Shown: piece after piece, positions 40,051-54,779 of the stretch
Position numbering within the stretch: position 1 is the stretch's first letter
How the letters are laid out: each line of letters starts with the position of its first letter
NCBI RefSeq assembly: GCF_006345805.1
Contig: NC_043003.1
Location: forward strand, 23,994,001 to 24,058,000
DNA: 64,000 nucleotides
Reading direction: 5' to 3'
Source of the DNA: Octopus sinensis
Taxonomy: Eukaryota
Position numbers and translations under genes: made by a program
Notes under the pieces: generated by a model
Databases searched by the model: none
What the model was told of the DNA's origin: nothing
Seen by the model: the letters and a program-made list of their open reading frames with translations, nothing else

Positions 40051-40859
40051 TTCTAAAGGGAAATACCTATAGAATAGTATGTAGGAATTATTCGTTAAAT
40101 CTGTGTCTTTGCTTTGTCCGAATAGTGGATTGTACCATGAAATGTTTTCCATAAGTAACTCTTCCCTTCCCGTTCTATTTTCATACGTTAAATTTAAAGC
40201 ACTGCCGAGTTCATCTGTATTATTGACAGTTGAAATACTATTACGTTAAGGTAGGTAGGCCATGGTGACATTCATCTTACTACCAGAGATCAGTCCATCA
40301 TGGTTAACGCACATACATATATGTATGTATGTGTGTATATGTATATATTTCCTTTTGGGGATTTGGTTTGCCCGATTTTCTATGTGAGTTCGTGTGTTGA
40401 ATCATATTTTTTTGTGTCTGGGGAGAGTCATTCTCTTTCAATGCCTTATTATTTAACACACTCACCGGTTCAGTTTCCACTCATTTATTTCTTTATTTTT
40501 CTAAAATTTTCAATGTGCCTTGCAACACTTTCAATAGTCGTTCTCTAAGCTGCATTCGTTTTGTTTGTGCGCACATGTGTGGGTCCTTGTGAGTAGGCAT
40601 ACACATATGTATGTATGTGTGTGTGTATGCATATATATATATATATATATGTATGGTATGCATGTGTGTACGTTTGTATGCATGTATTCTGCATATTCTT
40701 GTGATTGTGTGTTCATGTTTGTGTAATTTTGTGCGTGTGTGTACCTCTGACTCATTGTGTGTGCATATCTGAGTGTGTCTATGTATGTGTTTTTGTAACT
40801 CTGGACGTGCATCTATTATGTATGGTTGTGTGTCTCCATATGTGTCATTGTGTGAAGTG

Positions 40860-41137
40860 TTACGAACATGGTTGCTCAATTTGTTACGAATATGGTTGCT
40901 CAATTTCATACTGGAGACAGTACGCAAGAATCACATACGAAGAGACAGTACGCAAGCATCTCATACGAAAAACGTCAAGCTGGTTAATATGCTCTCGGTA
41001 TGTGATCCCAAAATCAGCACCATAAAAGAACGATGACAAAACCACCAACTTATATATATATCGGTTCTCACTTACAACGACAAGTCGTGGCTCATCCAGA
41101 GCCAATGGTAAAGCTTACTGAAAGTGGATCTATCCTT
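40860..41137 (-). mobile_element. RTE-clade LINE relic homologous to the 37135 copy, with internal short tandem duplications
   Basis: FYGADFGITYREHINQLDVFRMRCLRTVSS; duplicated gagacagtacgcaag and gttacgaa.atggttgctcaattt. Confidence 0.7.
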
Positions 41138-41959
41138 TCCTTGAGTTATATCTATACATACTTGCATACATAGATAGACAGACAGGCAGACAGACAGATG
41201 CATACACACATACATACATAAATATATACATACACAATTACGTACGTAAAACTTATATACATACATGCATGCGTATATACATACATACACACATACAAAT
41301 TTACATACATGCACATGCATATACGCATAAATACAACCATATATATACATACATACATACATATATAATATATATATATACATCTATATTTAGAAGAAAC
41401 ATACATATATACAACTATACATACATTCAAACATACAGAAAGAGACGAGACATATACAATTATATGACTGATCATGCGTTTCACAACAACAGAACATATA
41501 TTAAACTTCTCTTTAATGATGAGAAACATTATTCAGAGTCAAATGTGAGGACATCTCGTCTATTGAATAGTTTAGCGATCTACAAATTAAATGTATGCTA
41601 AAAATTTAACGACAGTGAATGGGTGCGCACTTGAATAGTATTAAATATTCTAGAACAGCATGGCTGTTTTACAACACCAACTCACCATATGAATTCTTTC
41701 TATTCACATCTGATATATATGCTATCTCTGTATTTCTCTTTGTACTACGTATCCATCGATCTCCTCTTTTCGCTTAATTCATCTATCCATGCGTGTATAA
41801 ATACGTTTGTGTTTGTCTGTGTGTGTGTATGTATGTGTTTGTTAATACATGAGTATTCTCTTACGCATGTGTTTAATAACTCACTTCGTTCTCCTATACA
41901 TATTTATATATTTACACCTAAACTTGTATATATAAATATTGATATAGCTCGTTATAGAA

Positions 41960-42320
<361 letters not shown>

Positions 42321-42673
42321 TTAGTTATATAGTCTGAAACAAAATATAATATCGATTTCAAGAAATTTCCTTTATAATATAACAACATGGTTGTGTAAAT
42401 TAACTGCTGGTTTTGGAATATAATCAGAAGTTTGGTGAAGTTATAAATCGAGCTGTGTGTCTGCATTAGGCACTGTCGGATACATAGACGTATGTCTATA
42501 GACACGAATGATTAGAGCTCTTGTTTTGAAAGCTTTGCGGGCGTAATGGAAAAATCAATTTAATATTCGTATCGAGATCTACATAGTGGTATGTAAGTAC
42601 GCGTACGTATGCGTGCATATGTGGGTGTGAATGAATGCGTACGATATAGTGTATAGTCACGTATATACATATA

Positions 42674-42722
<49 letters not shown>

Positions 42723-43963
42723 CATACGTGTAAGCATGTGTGCGAATGTAGGAGAATGTGTGTACAGGCATACATGCTGTGAGAAGTATTTAAGGAATGT
42801 TTGGAAACATATTAAGACTCGAATCATGCAAAAACGAAATGTATTTTCATTAAAATTGCGCACATATTCTCGATAAACTTCCCTATAAAATTCTTCCTTG
42901 AATCTGCGTTCATCATGTATGACTGCTTCAAAGCAGGACAAGATATTTTGAAATACCTGCACACAAAGACGGCCTTCATGGTTTAAGATGGATTGCAGTT
43001 AGTCTCCCTCACTACTACACTCCAAGCATCGTAGACTATGGGGGCGCAGTGGCAACAATTTGGTGTTACAGAATCGTAAACGTTGTCTGACATTCATACT
43101 TGGTTTACGTGAGCTTTGTGCGAAGGTATTGTGTCTTGTTGAAACACGTATGCCTTTCTGCTGCGTAGTTTGTCCATTCGGGGCATAAAGAATCGAGTAC
43201 CTTAAAACTATTAATTCTAAGTCCCTGTCGAAGCATGTGAAGTGGTATAACATAACCATTTGTTATTCACAACTCCTAAACTCATCAATGTTGCTGGAAA
43301 TTTAGTGTACATCACGGTGGGAAAAAGAGAAGGGTCTGCACACATCTCGCTGTCATTTAACGAGCTAGACTTTTGGTTTGGTAGAACTTTTTATCATCAA
43401 AGAATAAGCAAATATGCCATGGTCGTGAGGGATTTTAATGTTGGGGCAGACTAAAAGGCATTCCCGTGTCTCGTCTCTATGCAGATATTGTCTTCTCCTC
43501 ACAACACACTTTGTATATGGTATGTCCTCCTGCTCCACAGTTCTGATATCTACCACGACTCCTTGGCGATCATCTTTATTAATTTTCCGGGATCGTTCTT
43601 GACAATGTTTCAAAGAAATTGAAGTATCCATATAGTTTTTGATCTTTCGAAATTATTTTTTGTTCTATTTGATACCTTTGAATCATACTTGACAGGGTCC
43701 TCCAAGTCCATCTAGAATTTGTGTTCAAGAGGTCCTGCAACAGTTATGAAGTCGACAATTACTAAATGTTCCGCATATATGGCAAGAATGACTGCATTTC
43801 TTTCCATTTCAAATATGTTAGCATTTCATTTTGTCATGGAGCATATGAAAAAAGTTTTTTTTTAATCTTTTAATTGGCTTCAATAGTGAAGTATATCGAA
43901 ACTTTAGTGCCTTCAAATATCATTGGACTCTAAATATCAATACAAACGCAAGCATACGTACAA

Positions 43964-44007
<44 letters not shown>

Positions 44008-44190
44008 ACACTCACACAGAGATACAAGAAGGAAAGGCATTGAATTATTTTCAATATTAGGTCCGGTTGATTTTGCATAGAGTTCAAATCTGGCCTAGGT
44101 CAACTTTGCATTTCATTTTCGTGCGTAGTTATATAAGGTCCAGTCCATTCGTGTCTTGTTATTGTTTGTCACATTCCCTTCATTCCTCTT

Positions 44191-44227
<37 letters not shown>

Positions 44228-45449
44228 CTCTCTCTCTCTCTTTATCTCTCTCTCCTCCTCCTTTGTCATTTTCAGTCTATCTATCTATCTATCTCTTTTT
44301 GAAAAAGAAATGTGCCATATCTTATAATATCCAAGTTACACCGCATATTATGTCATGTTACTTACGTTGGCAAAAATATGTCCAGGCAATACATACATAC
44401 ATATATACACACATACTTACATATATATATATATGTATATATATATATACATATATATATATATAATATATATATATATATATAGATATATATATATATA
44501 TATATATATATGTAACAAAGCTGCACATGTGTCAGTTTCTTATGGCGGTTTCAAGCGGATCCATTTCATTGATTAATGAAAACTTTACATCAATTTGAAA
44601 GTAACTGTTCTCGCCAGATGAGCGCATAGATTTCAAACATAAAGAATAAACTATTTTTTAAACAAATTTACATCCAATAATGGAAGCCAAAATAATTACA
44701 TTGTTTCCTTTTGTTATGACTGTGGCAGTCATAACAATAATGCATACCTTGTGAAGCCTACTATGATTTAGAGAATAACAGAGGGAACAGTGGGGAGGGT
44801 CAAGATAAAAATAATGGAGACGTAGTTACTTATATTTAGAAGACTATGTAGTGTGTAGTCTTCAAATATTTAGACTTAACTCCATTGAGCGTTGTCAACT
44901 GTATTCTAGTTAATGGTAATAAAACAATTAATGTCAAACAATCTGCTTGACTCCTAATATACTGGAAACATACATCTAGTTTTATCTACATAAAAGGGTT
45001 AGTTGTAAAGATGGTATTAAGAAAACGTCTGATGGGGAGGGGGTGGTAGCTGGAAGAAGGAAGGATAGGGGTGGCCAATATTTATTTAGATTACAAAATT
45101 AACGGAATATGAAGAAAAACCAAAAGAGATAAGACATAAATTTTAGGGGCGGAAATTAGAATTGAAGGATACGGGAAGAAGTAATTTATAACTTAGCAAA
45201 TTAATATTAAATTGAAAAAAAAAAATTATATAGAATAAGGATAGAAATTCAACTTAAAACTCAATAATGGGATAACTTAATATATAAAAATTATTAAGAA
45301 TATTCTAAGCATATGGTTTAGAAGGGTGGATATATATATATAAATGTGTGTGTGTTCGTGTGGGTGTGTGTATGTATGTACATGTATGCATATGTGTGTG
45401 TGCGTGTGCGCGTGTGTATGAGTATACATGAGCGTACATTAAGGCCTAT

Positions 45450-46340
45450 TTTCATGTTCAAATAGAAACAATTTTATATTAAACGAAAGTTTTAGCCCGT
45501 AATGTTGCTGCATTATAGTCCGATATTGGTAGAGACTTCGAAGATTTAACAAGCTAACCTATCATTGGATTGTGATATAGTCTCTGTTAAGTTAGAATTT
45601 TCTAGTGTACATTGAGCTCAATTGGATGATAACTGTGTTGTAGCGTAAATTCTGGTAGTTAATATTTTATGGAATATTTTTATTGATTAAATTTGAGGTT
45701 GTGTTATTATTCAGAATTTATTCACGCAATATGACTTTGTAATTAGTTTACTATTTAAGGGTGTCAGCTTGAGATGATGATGAGAGTGTGTTTTAGGGAT
45801 TCGCAAAAGAATGCAAGCAGTTGAAAGGATCTGTTGATCAGCAAATGTGTCACTAGGTTTAGGTGCTTGTTTTATTTAGATGAGAATATGAAAGTTAAAA
45901 TTCTGATTTCAGTCTAGCATTTAAACCTTTCTAATTAGGTCTGTCACCTTTTAGTTATAGGAATTTGCAAAGGGCCACATGAGAATTATGTTCCTCGTAA
46001 ATTTTTAGTTGGTGACCGAGCTTCTTGTTTGCCAGTTTGTATTGGGAAGGTGGGGTATTATAATTTTAAAGTATATCATAGTGTTGCTAGTGGAGAAATT
46101 TGTTTGTAATGTGTTTTAATGTTCACAACAGGATTTAGGTAGCTGTAAAAGTTGTCGATCAACATATATCTCCCTCGGTGTTTATTCTTATACAAAGTTA
46201 TTTGATTACTCTTTTGAAATCTTAACCTTTCTGTTTCAGGGACATGAATTTTTTGTGCTATTTTCATAAATAAATATGTCTTCCAATCGGCTCCAAGAGT
46301 AGGTATTTCTTTTATAATGTATTCTTTTTTCGCCAAAGAT
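45450..46340 (-). mobile_element. Highly decayed PLE ORF relic
   Basis: Fragments resembling F..L+..SFPK.H.L..LN....KSYC.N and IDNFYSYL; AT-rich pLTR-like flank at 44740-45300. Confidence 0.35.
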
Positions 46341-46431
46341 ATATATATATATATTATATATATACCGGAGTAAACACATAAATGTGAAACAAGGTGGAAA
46401 AAGAGTACTCAAATACCAGTGGTAGAGTAAT

Positions 46432-46590
46432 ATGCTTTATTTAAAGCAGCAGAAAATTCAGCAAAATCTGTTACTCTGAGTTTCTCGTTGCCGTTCATCA
46501 GACAGTTTTTGCTAGAAAAAACTGTGATGAACGGCGAGAAACTCAGAGTAACAGATTTTGTTGAATTTTCTGCTGCTTTAAACAAAGTAT
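46432..46590. repeat. Inverted repeat (about 75-80-nt arms, gctag centre) of an HHR-bearing module between (TA)n tracts
   Basis: ttaaagcagcagaaaattca..cagttttt mirrored by aaaaactg..tgaattttctgctgctttaa. Confidence 0.9.
46468..46505 (-). ncRNA. Minimal Penelope-type hammerhead ribozyme, family H5
   Basis: CTGT-CTGATGA-A-CG(GCAA)CG-A-GAAA-CTC(A)GAG-TA-ACAG. Stem I is CTGT/ACAG and stem III is ACTC-A-GAGT; GUA site. Confidence 0.6.
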
Positions 46591-47253
46591 ATATATATAT
46601 ATATCCTCGTGCGGGTGGTGTAGTTTCGTATGGGCTATATGATTTATTTATATCTCTTTATTCTTTTGACATTGAATTAGCTTCGTAGTTTTACAAAGTT
46701 CTGCATATTTATTTATTTACCAACTTATGTCTATCTTCGATAGTACTAATCGCATTAATTTAGAACAAGGCGTTGATACAAAGCAGAATTATTGATTCTC
46801 TAACAAGATGTGCCGATAGATTGTATAAAAATAACTTTATATACAAGCTAATTATTCATTCCACCGGCAATCTGGGTGTCTCATTCTTTTTTGTGTTATT
46901 TTTTGAACAACATTATTTTCTTTCTTGTATCTATAGCAGGAACCTACAGTACATGTTTTCACCTTGTTATTGAGAAATTTGACACCTGCCAATCATATTG
47001 TCTACGTCGTTTCTTTTGCCTGTCTACGAAATCATAAGAAATTTAAAATGTATAATACCTAAAACAATGTAACAGTAACATATTTCGCCCTGTAATCTTG
47101 AATATTTATACAAAAAATAAGTTTACTCGTGCACAAGTACATAAATCTATATATATGAGTACGCCTCTGTGTCTGTGTGTCAACGCGCATTAATATTTGT
47201 GTGTATCTGTGTGTATCTATATATATTTTTATATATGTATGTATATATATATA

Positions 47254-47312
<59 letters not shown>

Positions 47313-47411
47313 CATACTATACACTTGCTTGTTGTACATACACGTGTCATCGTCGTTTCTTTATAAATTCCAACTATATACACACATACGCACATATATA
47401 TATGTATATAT

Positions 47412-47456
<45 letters not shown>

Positions 47457-48429
47457 CAGAAATACATATATAATGTATTGGGTACAATATTAATGAGTGC
47501 GTGCGTAAAATAAATAATGTTTTCAGGATTAAATAAAAATAAGGGAAAATATGACATACCTATATATATATATTTAAATATATATATATATTATATATAT
47601 ATATATATTATATATATTATATATTATATATATATATATAATATATATATATATAGATATATATATATATATATATATACAATATATATATATGAATGTA
47701 TGTACGTATGTTTATATATGTATATACAATAACGTTTAATAAAAAATAAACAAAAGATATATACTATATACACAGCCGAACAGAAAGCATAGGTTACCAA
47801 CTCTTCATCGGTTATCGGCCAGAAGGTCAAACGCCATTTCAGCCATTATCGTTAATATTACTACCACTCTGGAAGCGTTGGCAAGAAACGTGCCGGGAAT
47901 GGGAACAAAACATTAGAAAACGAGATGAAGTCGAGACGAGACTGTTATTAGACGGACGAGGGACAAAATAACCAGAATAAATTTTTCTCGATAATGGTGT
48001 GACAGACAGTAAATGAAGTGAGCAGTCGGCAGAAATACTCCAAATTGAAATTGAAGGCTTCTAGCCTACAAGAGAGACTGGGTAAGTGGAAATACCCTTT
48101 TCAAAACACACATATATATATATATATATATACATATATCTATATATACAACCAAAGTATAAAAATAAGCAAGACAAATAAATATATACGAATAAAAAAC
48201 GATTACTTATGTACTAATTAGTTTCACTTGTTAATATTTACGTATATTTATGTATATTTACGGAATATTGTCCGTGTTTACGCTTTCAGTTCAACTTCCG
48301 CCGAGGCCGACTTTGTCTTTCATCCTTTCGAGATCGATATATCAAGTACCAGTGAAACACTAGGGTTGAAGTATTCGACTAGTCTCATTCTTGTTGTGCG
48401 TGAGATTAGTCCAGTTGTAGGGTGGTCTT

Positions 48430-48845
48430 GAGGTTCCTTTTATCTTGTTTGCTCGGATGCTAGATGTTATCACTCGATGGTCAGATGATACACGAAAGAA
48501 AGTGCTGTATGCTTTACAGTTGTGCAAGCTGTTAATCCACATTTTGTTGATAATAAGATAGTCTAGCTGAGCTTTGAATCCGTTTGGAAAAGTATGGGTC
48601 CACTTCTTTCCCGGTCTCTTCTGAAAACAAGTGTTCGGGCATTGGAGTTTTTTCTACCAAATAGGGCTCTAAGTTTTTTTCATTTCGGTTTGCGATTTGA
48701 CTGAACGAGTACTTATAATAGCGATTGTCATAGCCTAATTGTGCATTCATACCACAGCCAATGACGAATATGTTGTGTTTCGGTATAAATGACCTCTTGT
48801 TCATCGCTGATATTTGTTGGGGTATAGTAGCCTCTCTTGGAATGA
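48430..48845 (-). mobile_element. RTE-clade apurinic endonuclease fragment, inverted
   Basis: YYTPTNISDEQE..IPKHNIFVIGCGMNAQLG..YLIINKMWINSLHNCKAYSTFFRVSSDHRVIT. Confidence 0.8.
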
Positions 48846-49141
48846 GCACCCAACAAAATAACGGCTATATGAGAATGTACCAACTCTCTCATCAACCATC
48901 CAAGAGCGGATTGAGGTTTGATGGCCACTGCTGGAGAAGTAAAGAAGAACTTCTGAGTAATGTGTTGCTGTGGACACCAAACCATGGCACCACAGTGGCT
49001 GGAGGACCACGAAAGTCGTACATACAATAGCTTCCAGATGTTGGATGCCAAATGGAAGACCTAAAGATAAAAATGGAAGACCGGGAGGGATGGAGAGAGG
49101 TAGTGAAGCTGGCCCAGGCAATCAGCATGCCTGGATGATGA
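48836..49141 (+). mobile_element. RTE-clade LINE 3' end
   Basis: WNEHPTK*RLYENVP..LRFDGHCWRSKEELLSNVLLWTP..MEDREGWRE, ending gatgatga. Confidence 0.8.
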
Positions 49142-49796
49142 GCCCCCTTCCCCAATATTTTCTGTTAGATCACTGTTTTATATTTCTGCATGGAATTTTG
49201 AATTACCAGCCGATTATGTATTCTTGAAAAATTTGTAGCCAGTATTCCTAGCCTCCGCCGGTTATACTTCTTCATAAATTTCATTTTATAATTCGATCTA
49301 GACAGTTCTAATTACGGAATCATGCTACATTGTTGGAACGATATTTAACTAAAACCGTAAGGGAATGTCTTCCAGGACAACAGTTTATAATTCGCTAAGA
49401 AGAGCCATCAACTACCACCGCTGTATGTCTTCTAGCTTTAATATTCCTGGTTAAGCTATTTCAGAGTAACACGTAACATCATTTTAGTTACATGTATAAT
49501 AAACTTTCGAAATTTCCGGAAGACATATGCAAATATAAAATCTATAAAGACCTACTAACACCTTATAGAAGCAGGCATGTTTGTGTAGGTAACAAGCTGA
49601 TTGTGCTACCATGTAGCTTCATGTTCAGTCCCAATGCGCAGCACGTTGGACAAATGTCTTCTGACATAGCTCCGGACCGACCTATTCCCTGTAGGTGAAT
49701 TTAGTTGAGGGAGACTGTGGAAGCCCACTGTACGTACATATATACATAAGCACTCCACGCGCACACACACTCATATACATCTGTATATACAAATTC

Positions 49797-49853
<57 letters not shown>

Positions 49854-51547
49854 TTATACACACACACACACATATATATACAGTTGTGAGTCTATGTGAA
49901 TGCGTGTCTGTGTTTGCCATCTCAACCCACTGTATAGTTTGTTTACGCTTCTTGTGCATTAAGGTGTCGACAAAATTGAGTGGTGAAATAAATACCGGTC
50001 TTTAAGTGTAATTACCGTGGGCGATTTGCTCAACTAAAACACTTGAAGGCGGTGCCCTAAACTAGCGGAAGTTCAATGAATGAAACACATAGAAGATAAA
50101 AGACGTAAGATAATGTTTGATATCTGCTTCTGGTATCATGTCTTCATTTTTCTTTAATCATGATATTATTCGATAAATGTGAATAACTAGAGACAATATT
50201 AACGAGAATCGATTACCTTTGAAAGCGCGTGTCTCAGATTGAAAGCAAGGCGTTTGATCATGTATACAAGCAAGTGCAACAAATGTTCCCAGCATAGGCC
50301 AACATGAAAAACAAATCTTTAAGTGCAGATCAAATAAAAAGGGCTGAGCGAAAAACGTTTCAGATAATTACAATTTCACTGGTACTGTAAAAGGAACAAA
50401 TTGCAAGACTTTAGATGAAACAATTATTATTGGAAGGAAAAGCAAGAGGGAGAAGAATTCCAAAATGTAAATTTATAAAAAGATATTAAGTAGTTCATGC
50501 GATGGCGAGTGTGATCTTTGGTAAACACATTGACAAATGTTGTTTCGTATTTATTAGACTTCTTCAGCGAAGCTGAATCTTTTTTGTAGTTTCGCCATAC
50601 CATACATCAGTCAAAAACATAATAGATATTTAGTATACGTTCTCAAATGAAGTCACTGCTAGCGTAATTATTTGAGGAATAATCAGCAATGCGCTCTCCA
50701 CGAAAATCTTCTAATCAAATCAATTTTACTTCGAATGTAGAGTTAATATATTTGTTAAACTTATTTTTCATGAATCATATAAATATTCCTAAAATAAATA
50801 TCTAATAATATTTTCCACTACTTTGAAGTCCTGGAGATGGTCCTCTGACATTGGACTAAGAAGATTTTAGTTGTTCGACAAAATGAACCCATTTCTCCTG
50901 AGCATTACACAGAAACCTATAACGTACATTTTCAAATAGAATCAGTGTGACGCAGTTACAAGACTGTAACAATTGACTTACAGGAAAATCTACCCTACAG
51001 ATTTCTATACATTTTCCCTCTGCCCAGTTTCATACATGATGTAACGTAGAGTTACATTAACTGGAGCTGTAAAAAATTTAAATTGCTTGAGACAGCACGC
51101 ACTAAGATCGAACCATGTATTTCGTAAATGCCAAGCAAGCGTCTTAACTATTCGGTCATACTGCGTTTACGCCATGTAATAGAGGAGATAAAAATATACA
51201 CCTATTGCGGTAGAGAACGCGAATCTCTTGTTGCTATATGTCTCTCAGAAAAGTAAAGTTCTCGGTTTCTTCAGTTATATATAACGAACGTGATGTAGAA
51301 TTAACCGTTGAATACAATAAGAATACATTCTACCAGTGTGGTGGAATGGTTAAGAAATGCGCTTCGCAATTATGTGTCTCGGTTTCGATACAGCTACGTA
51401 GTAACTTGGACAAGTAGAATTTTTCAGAGTCACGCGTTGACCAGTAACTTGCGAGTGAAATTCGATAGACAGAAACTATATTGAAGTGTGCTGAAAGGAT
51501 TACACCTGTAATTGAGAGTAATTAGCATATACTGTGTCACCCAAATA

Positions 51548-51908
51548 GTGGAGGCGCAATGGCCCAGTGGTTAGGGCAGCGGACTCGCGGTTGGAGGATC
51601 GCGGTTTCGATTCCCAGACCGGGAAAACACCTAAAAAAAGCTCCACGAGGCTCCGGCAGGGGGTCGTGGTGATCCCTGCTGTACTCTTTCACCACAACTT
51701 TCTCTTACTTCCTGTTTCTGTTGTACCTGTATTTCAAGGGGCCGGCCTTGTCACTCTCTGTGTCATGCTGAATACCCCCGAGAACTACGTTAAGGGTGCA
51801 TGTGTCTGTGGAGTGCTCAGCCACTTACACCTTAATTTCACGAGCAGGCTGTTCCGTTGATTCGGATCAACCGGAACCCTCATCGTCGTAACCGACGGAG
51901 TGCTTCCA
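51548..51908 (+). mobile_element. tRNA-headed SINE family C
   Basis: A-box tggcccagtgg and B-box ggtttcgattccc; tail shared with 27850-28000. Confidence 0.8.
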
Positions 51909-53515
51909 TTTTAGTCACATAAATTCCACTCTGAAAATTATATTAAGATTAAAACGGTCTGAGGAATACTCAGCTAGATATACGCTGAATTAATGAGCCA
52001 GAGAGTTCAGTTAATCAGACAACTAAACATCTATCGCCCGAAATTCTATGCGACACACATTTCACATTAACACAGCAAAGGATTTCGCCAAGATTTTTGC
52101 TGACGGTCTAGGAATTACTAGAATGCTCTGTTTAAAAGTCTTTTACTAAGAAACCTAAATTTGAAGCTCATCTAGATAGATAGATTCATGAATAGATAGA
52201 CAGACAGACAGAAAGACAGACAGATAGATAATATAAAATGCTGAAATATTCAAAGAATCCATTAAAATCTTCTGTCCCTCACTAGTAACATAATCGGAAG
52301 AAAACCACATTCAGCTTTCACGTTTACGTTTTATCTTTGATTTGACTTATTCATTGGGCAGCGATTATGTTGGAACATGGACTTGGAACGTTCAGTCTAA
52401 CAATATACAATGCAATGGCTGAGGAAGCAGCCACACTGGAAATCGAGCTGAGAAAACATTATTCTACATAGACATACTTTGTGATGCATTAGTAAAGTCT
52501 ATGATTTTCATTCCCATGCTTTTATTGATATTATTATAATTATCGTAGGCGGAAAGTTTACCCTGAGGGATGGAATTAACAGCTAGTAGCCGACAACAAG
52601 GAACATAGAAACTTTTAGGAGCGCATTACGAGCCTTTTGCCTAAAATATACTAAATCTCACTCTTACACTATCTCTCACTCCTTCTCTCTTCCCCTCTCT
52701 CTCTATGTATGTATATATATATATATATATATATATACGGATGGGTTCCACACGTTCTCAGTCTTCCAAATTCACTTACAATAAAGAGATAGGCTCATAG
52801 TGGGTTTGAAACCTGAAACCAGAATTTTAATAAAAATAGACATGCCTGTAGATATCAGGAATATAACACGCCTTATATCAGTGAGAAAGTCTTCACGTAT
52901 TCTTAACTTCATAAAACTAGTTAAATAATCTATGACGCCCAAGACTATTCAAGCATTTGAATGTACACGGTTTAACAAACATTTTGCCATAGAAGATAAA
53001 ACTGGTTATCAGCTCAATATTTCTGAAGTTCGCGGAGATGAAAGAGAAACAGTACTTTGCATATGATCTGATAACATATATTCCTGAAATATAAAACAAT
53101 TTAAGATATTATATCGTCATAGAATGGCCAAATATTTCCTGTCCTACTTATCTGTTTACTTAGCTGGCAGGGCTTCAGATATAAATGACTATATGTGTTG
53201 AAGGCATGAACGAATTACTGGAAAATGACACTTAATTAGGTGAATTACACTGCTGAGATTTTGTAGAACACGCAATAATACACCAGACTTCGATCGATGA
53301 AATGAAATAAAGAAAAATTGTAAAATAGGATGAAATCTTTTATTCAAAGCATCAATAAAGGTTCAATTACTAGAACCTTAATAGTGCCCAGGCGCTGATA
53401 TTTGTATTGTGGTTTGCTTCGTTGTTGTGGTTGGCATTGTTATATTAGCAAAGGAAGAAAGTTAACACATACATATATAAACACACACACACATACAAAC
53501 ACACACACACGCACG

Positions 53516-53547
<32 letters not shown>

Positions 53548-53554
53548 GACACAT

Positions 53555-53628
<74 letters not shown>

Positions 53629-53789
53629 ATATCTACAGGATTAAACGAGAGTAGTAAAATGAACCCGAATGCTCTCATAAGCTAGGTAAAAAACAGGAAA
53701 GATTATACATATATATAAGGTTAAACACACAGTTAAATTAATTATAATATTTGTATAACTATGTATATATATATATATGTATATACGTA

Positions 53790-54779
53790 TATAATAATAA
53801 TAATAATAATAATATTTTGAATGATAAATGGCAAGAAAAACCTCTCAATGGCAAATACCCAAAGAGAGCGAATAATGCAGACGTTGACAAAGCCCTGACC
53901 CACCAATGGCTAATGGCCTCTGGTTTAAAATCTGAAATAGAACGGTTTATCATGGCAGCTCAAGATCAATGCCTACCAACAAGAAACTACCGGGCCAACA
54001 TATTAATGAACGGCAGTCGCCCAACATGTCGTGTATGTCAACAACAAAATGAAACCATTGATCATTTTGTCTCCAAGTGCAGTCTTCTAGCGCCTACAGA
54101 GTATCTCAACAGGCATGATAGAGCTGCACAATATATTCACTGGGTAATTTACAAAAACCTGGATTTGCCCCGTGAAAAAAATTGGTGGGAACACAAACCA
54201 CCTCCAGTGCTTGAAAATGACCACATCTCACTCCTCTGGAACTTCACCATTCAAGCTGACAGAAAGATAGATGCAACTAGGCCAGACATCATATTGAAAG
54301 ACTTCAAACAAAGAACATGCCTCCTCATTGATATGACTGTCCCAATCAATATAAACGTATCTGTCAAGACCTACCAAAAACTGAGCAACTATAAAGATCT
54401 TGAAATAGAAATCAGCAAAATGTGGAACCTGAAGACTAAAACAATACCTGTTGTCATAGGTGCCCTGGGAATGATAGCAAAAGGGGCTGATTGCTACCTA
54501 ACTCAGATACCAGAAAACCCAAAAATGGCAGAAATTCAAAAGATAGTGCTCATGGGAAGTACTCATATCATACGCAAAATACTTTCTATGTAATCACAAG
54601 GTTTAAAACAAGCATAATTTTCGGGTTTTTTTAGACATTCACTAGTACAACACCAAAAAAAAACTAAATATATGACACACTAGGCATAACAACAACATGA
54701 ACTTCCAACCTGTTGTCTCTTGACATCTCTGAGTGAGACGTGGAGCCAACTTCTACAAATATAAAGCAAAAGTCAAACA

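Noticed and set aside
43270-43800. Minus-strand ORF fragments (IYAEHLVIV.., 88-aa ORF)
   Set aside because: Probably a very decayed RTE-type RT relic (YADD-like motif), too degenerate to call with confidence.
44839-44863. GAAGACTA/TAGTCTTC hairpin resembling the H4 stem II
   Set aside because: Neither CUGANGA nor GAAA is present in the flanks.
50535-50575. Minus-strand CTGAAGA..GAAA-CAACATTTG-TC hammerhead-like string
   Set aside because: Stem I cannot form and stem II is only 2 bp; likely chance.
50982-51066. Minus-strand segment with acceptor and GTAAGT donor
   Set aside because: Stops occur in all frames and there is no supporting homology.
52425-52452. CTGAGGA..CAG/CTG..GAAATCGAG hammerhead-like string
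   Set aside because: It lacks U16.1 and stem I pairing.
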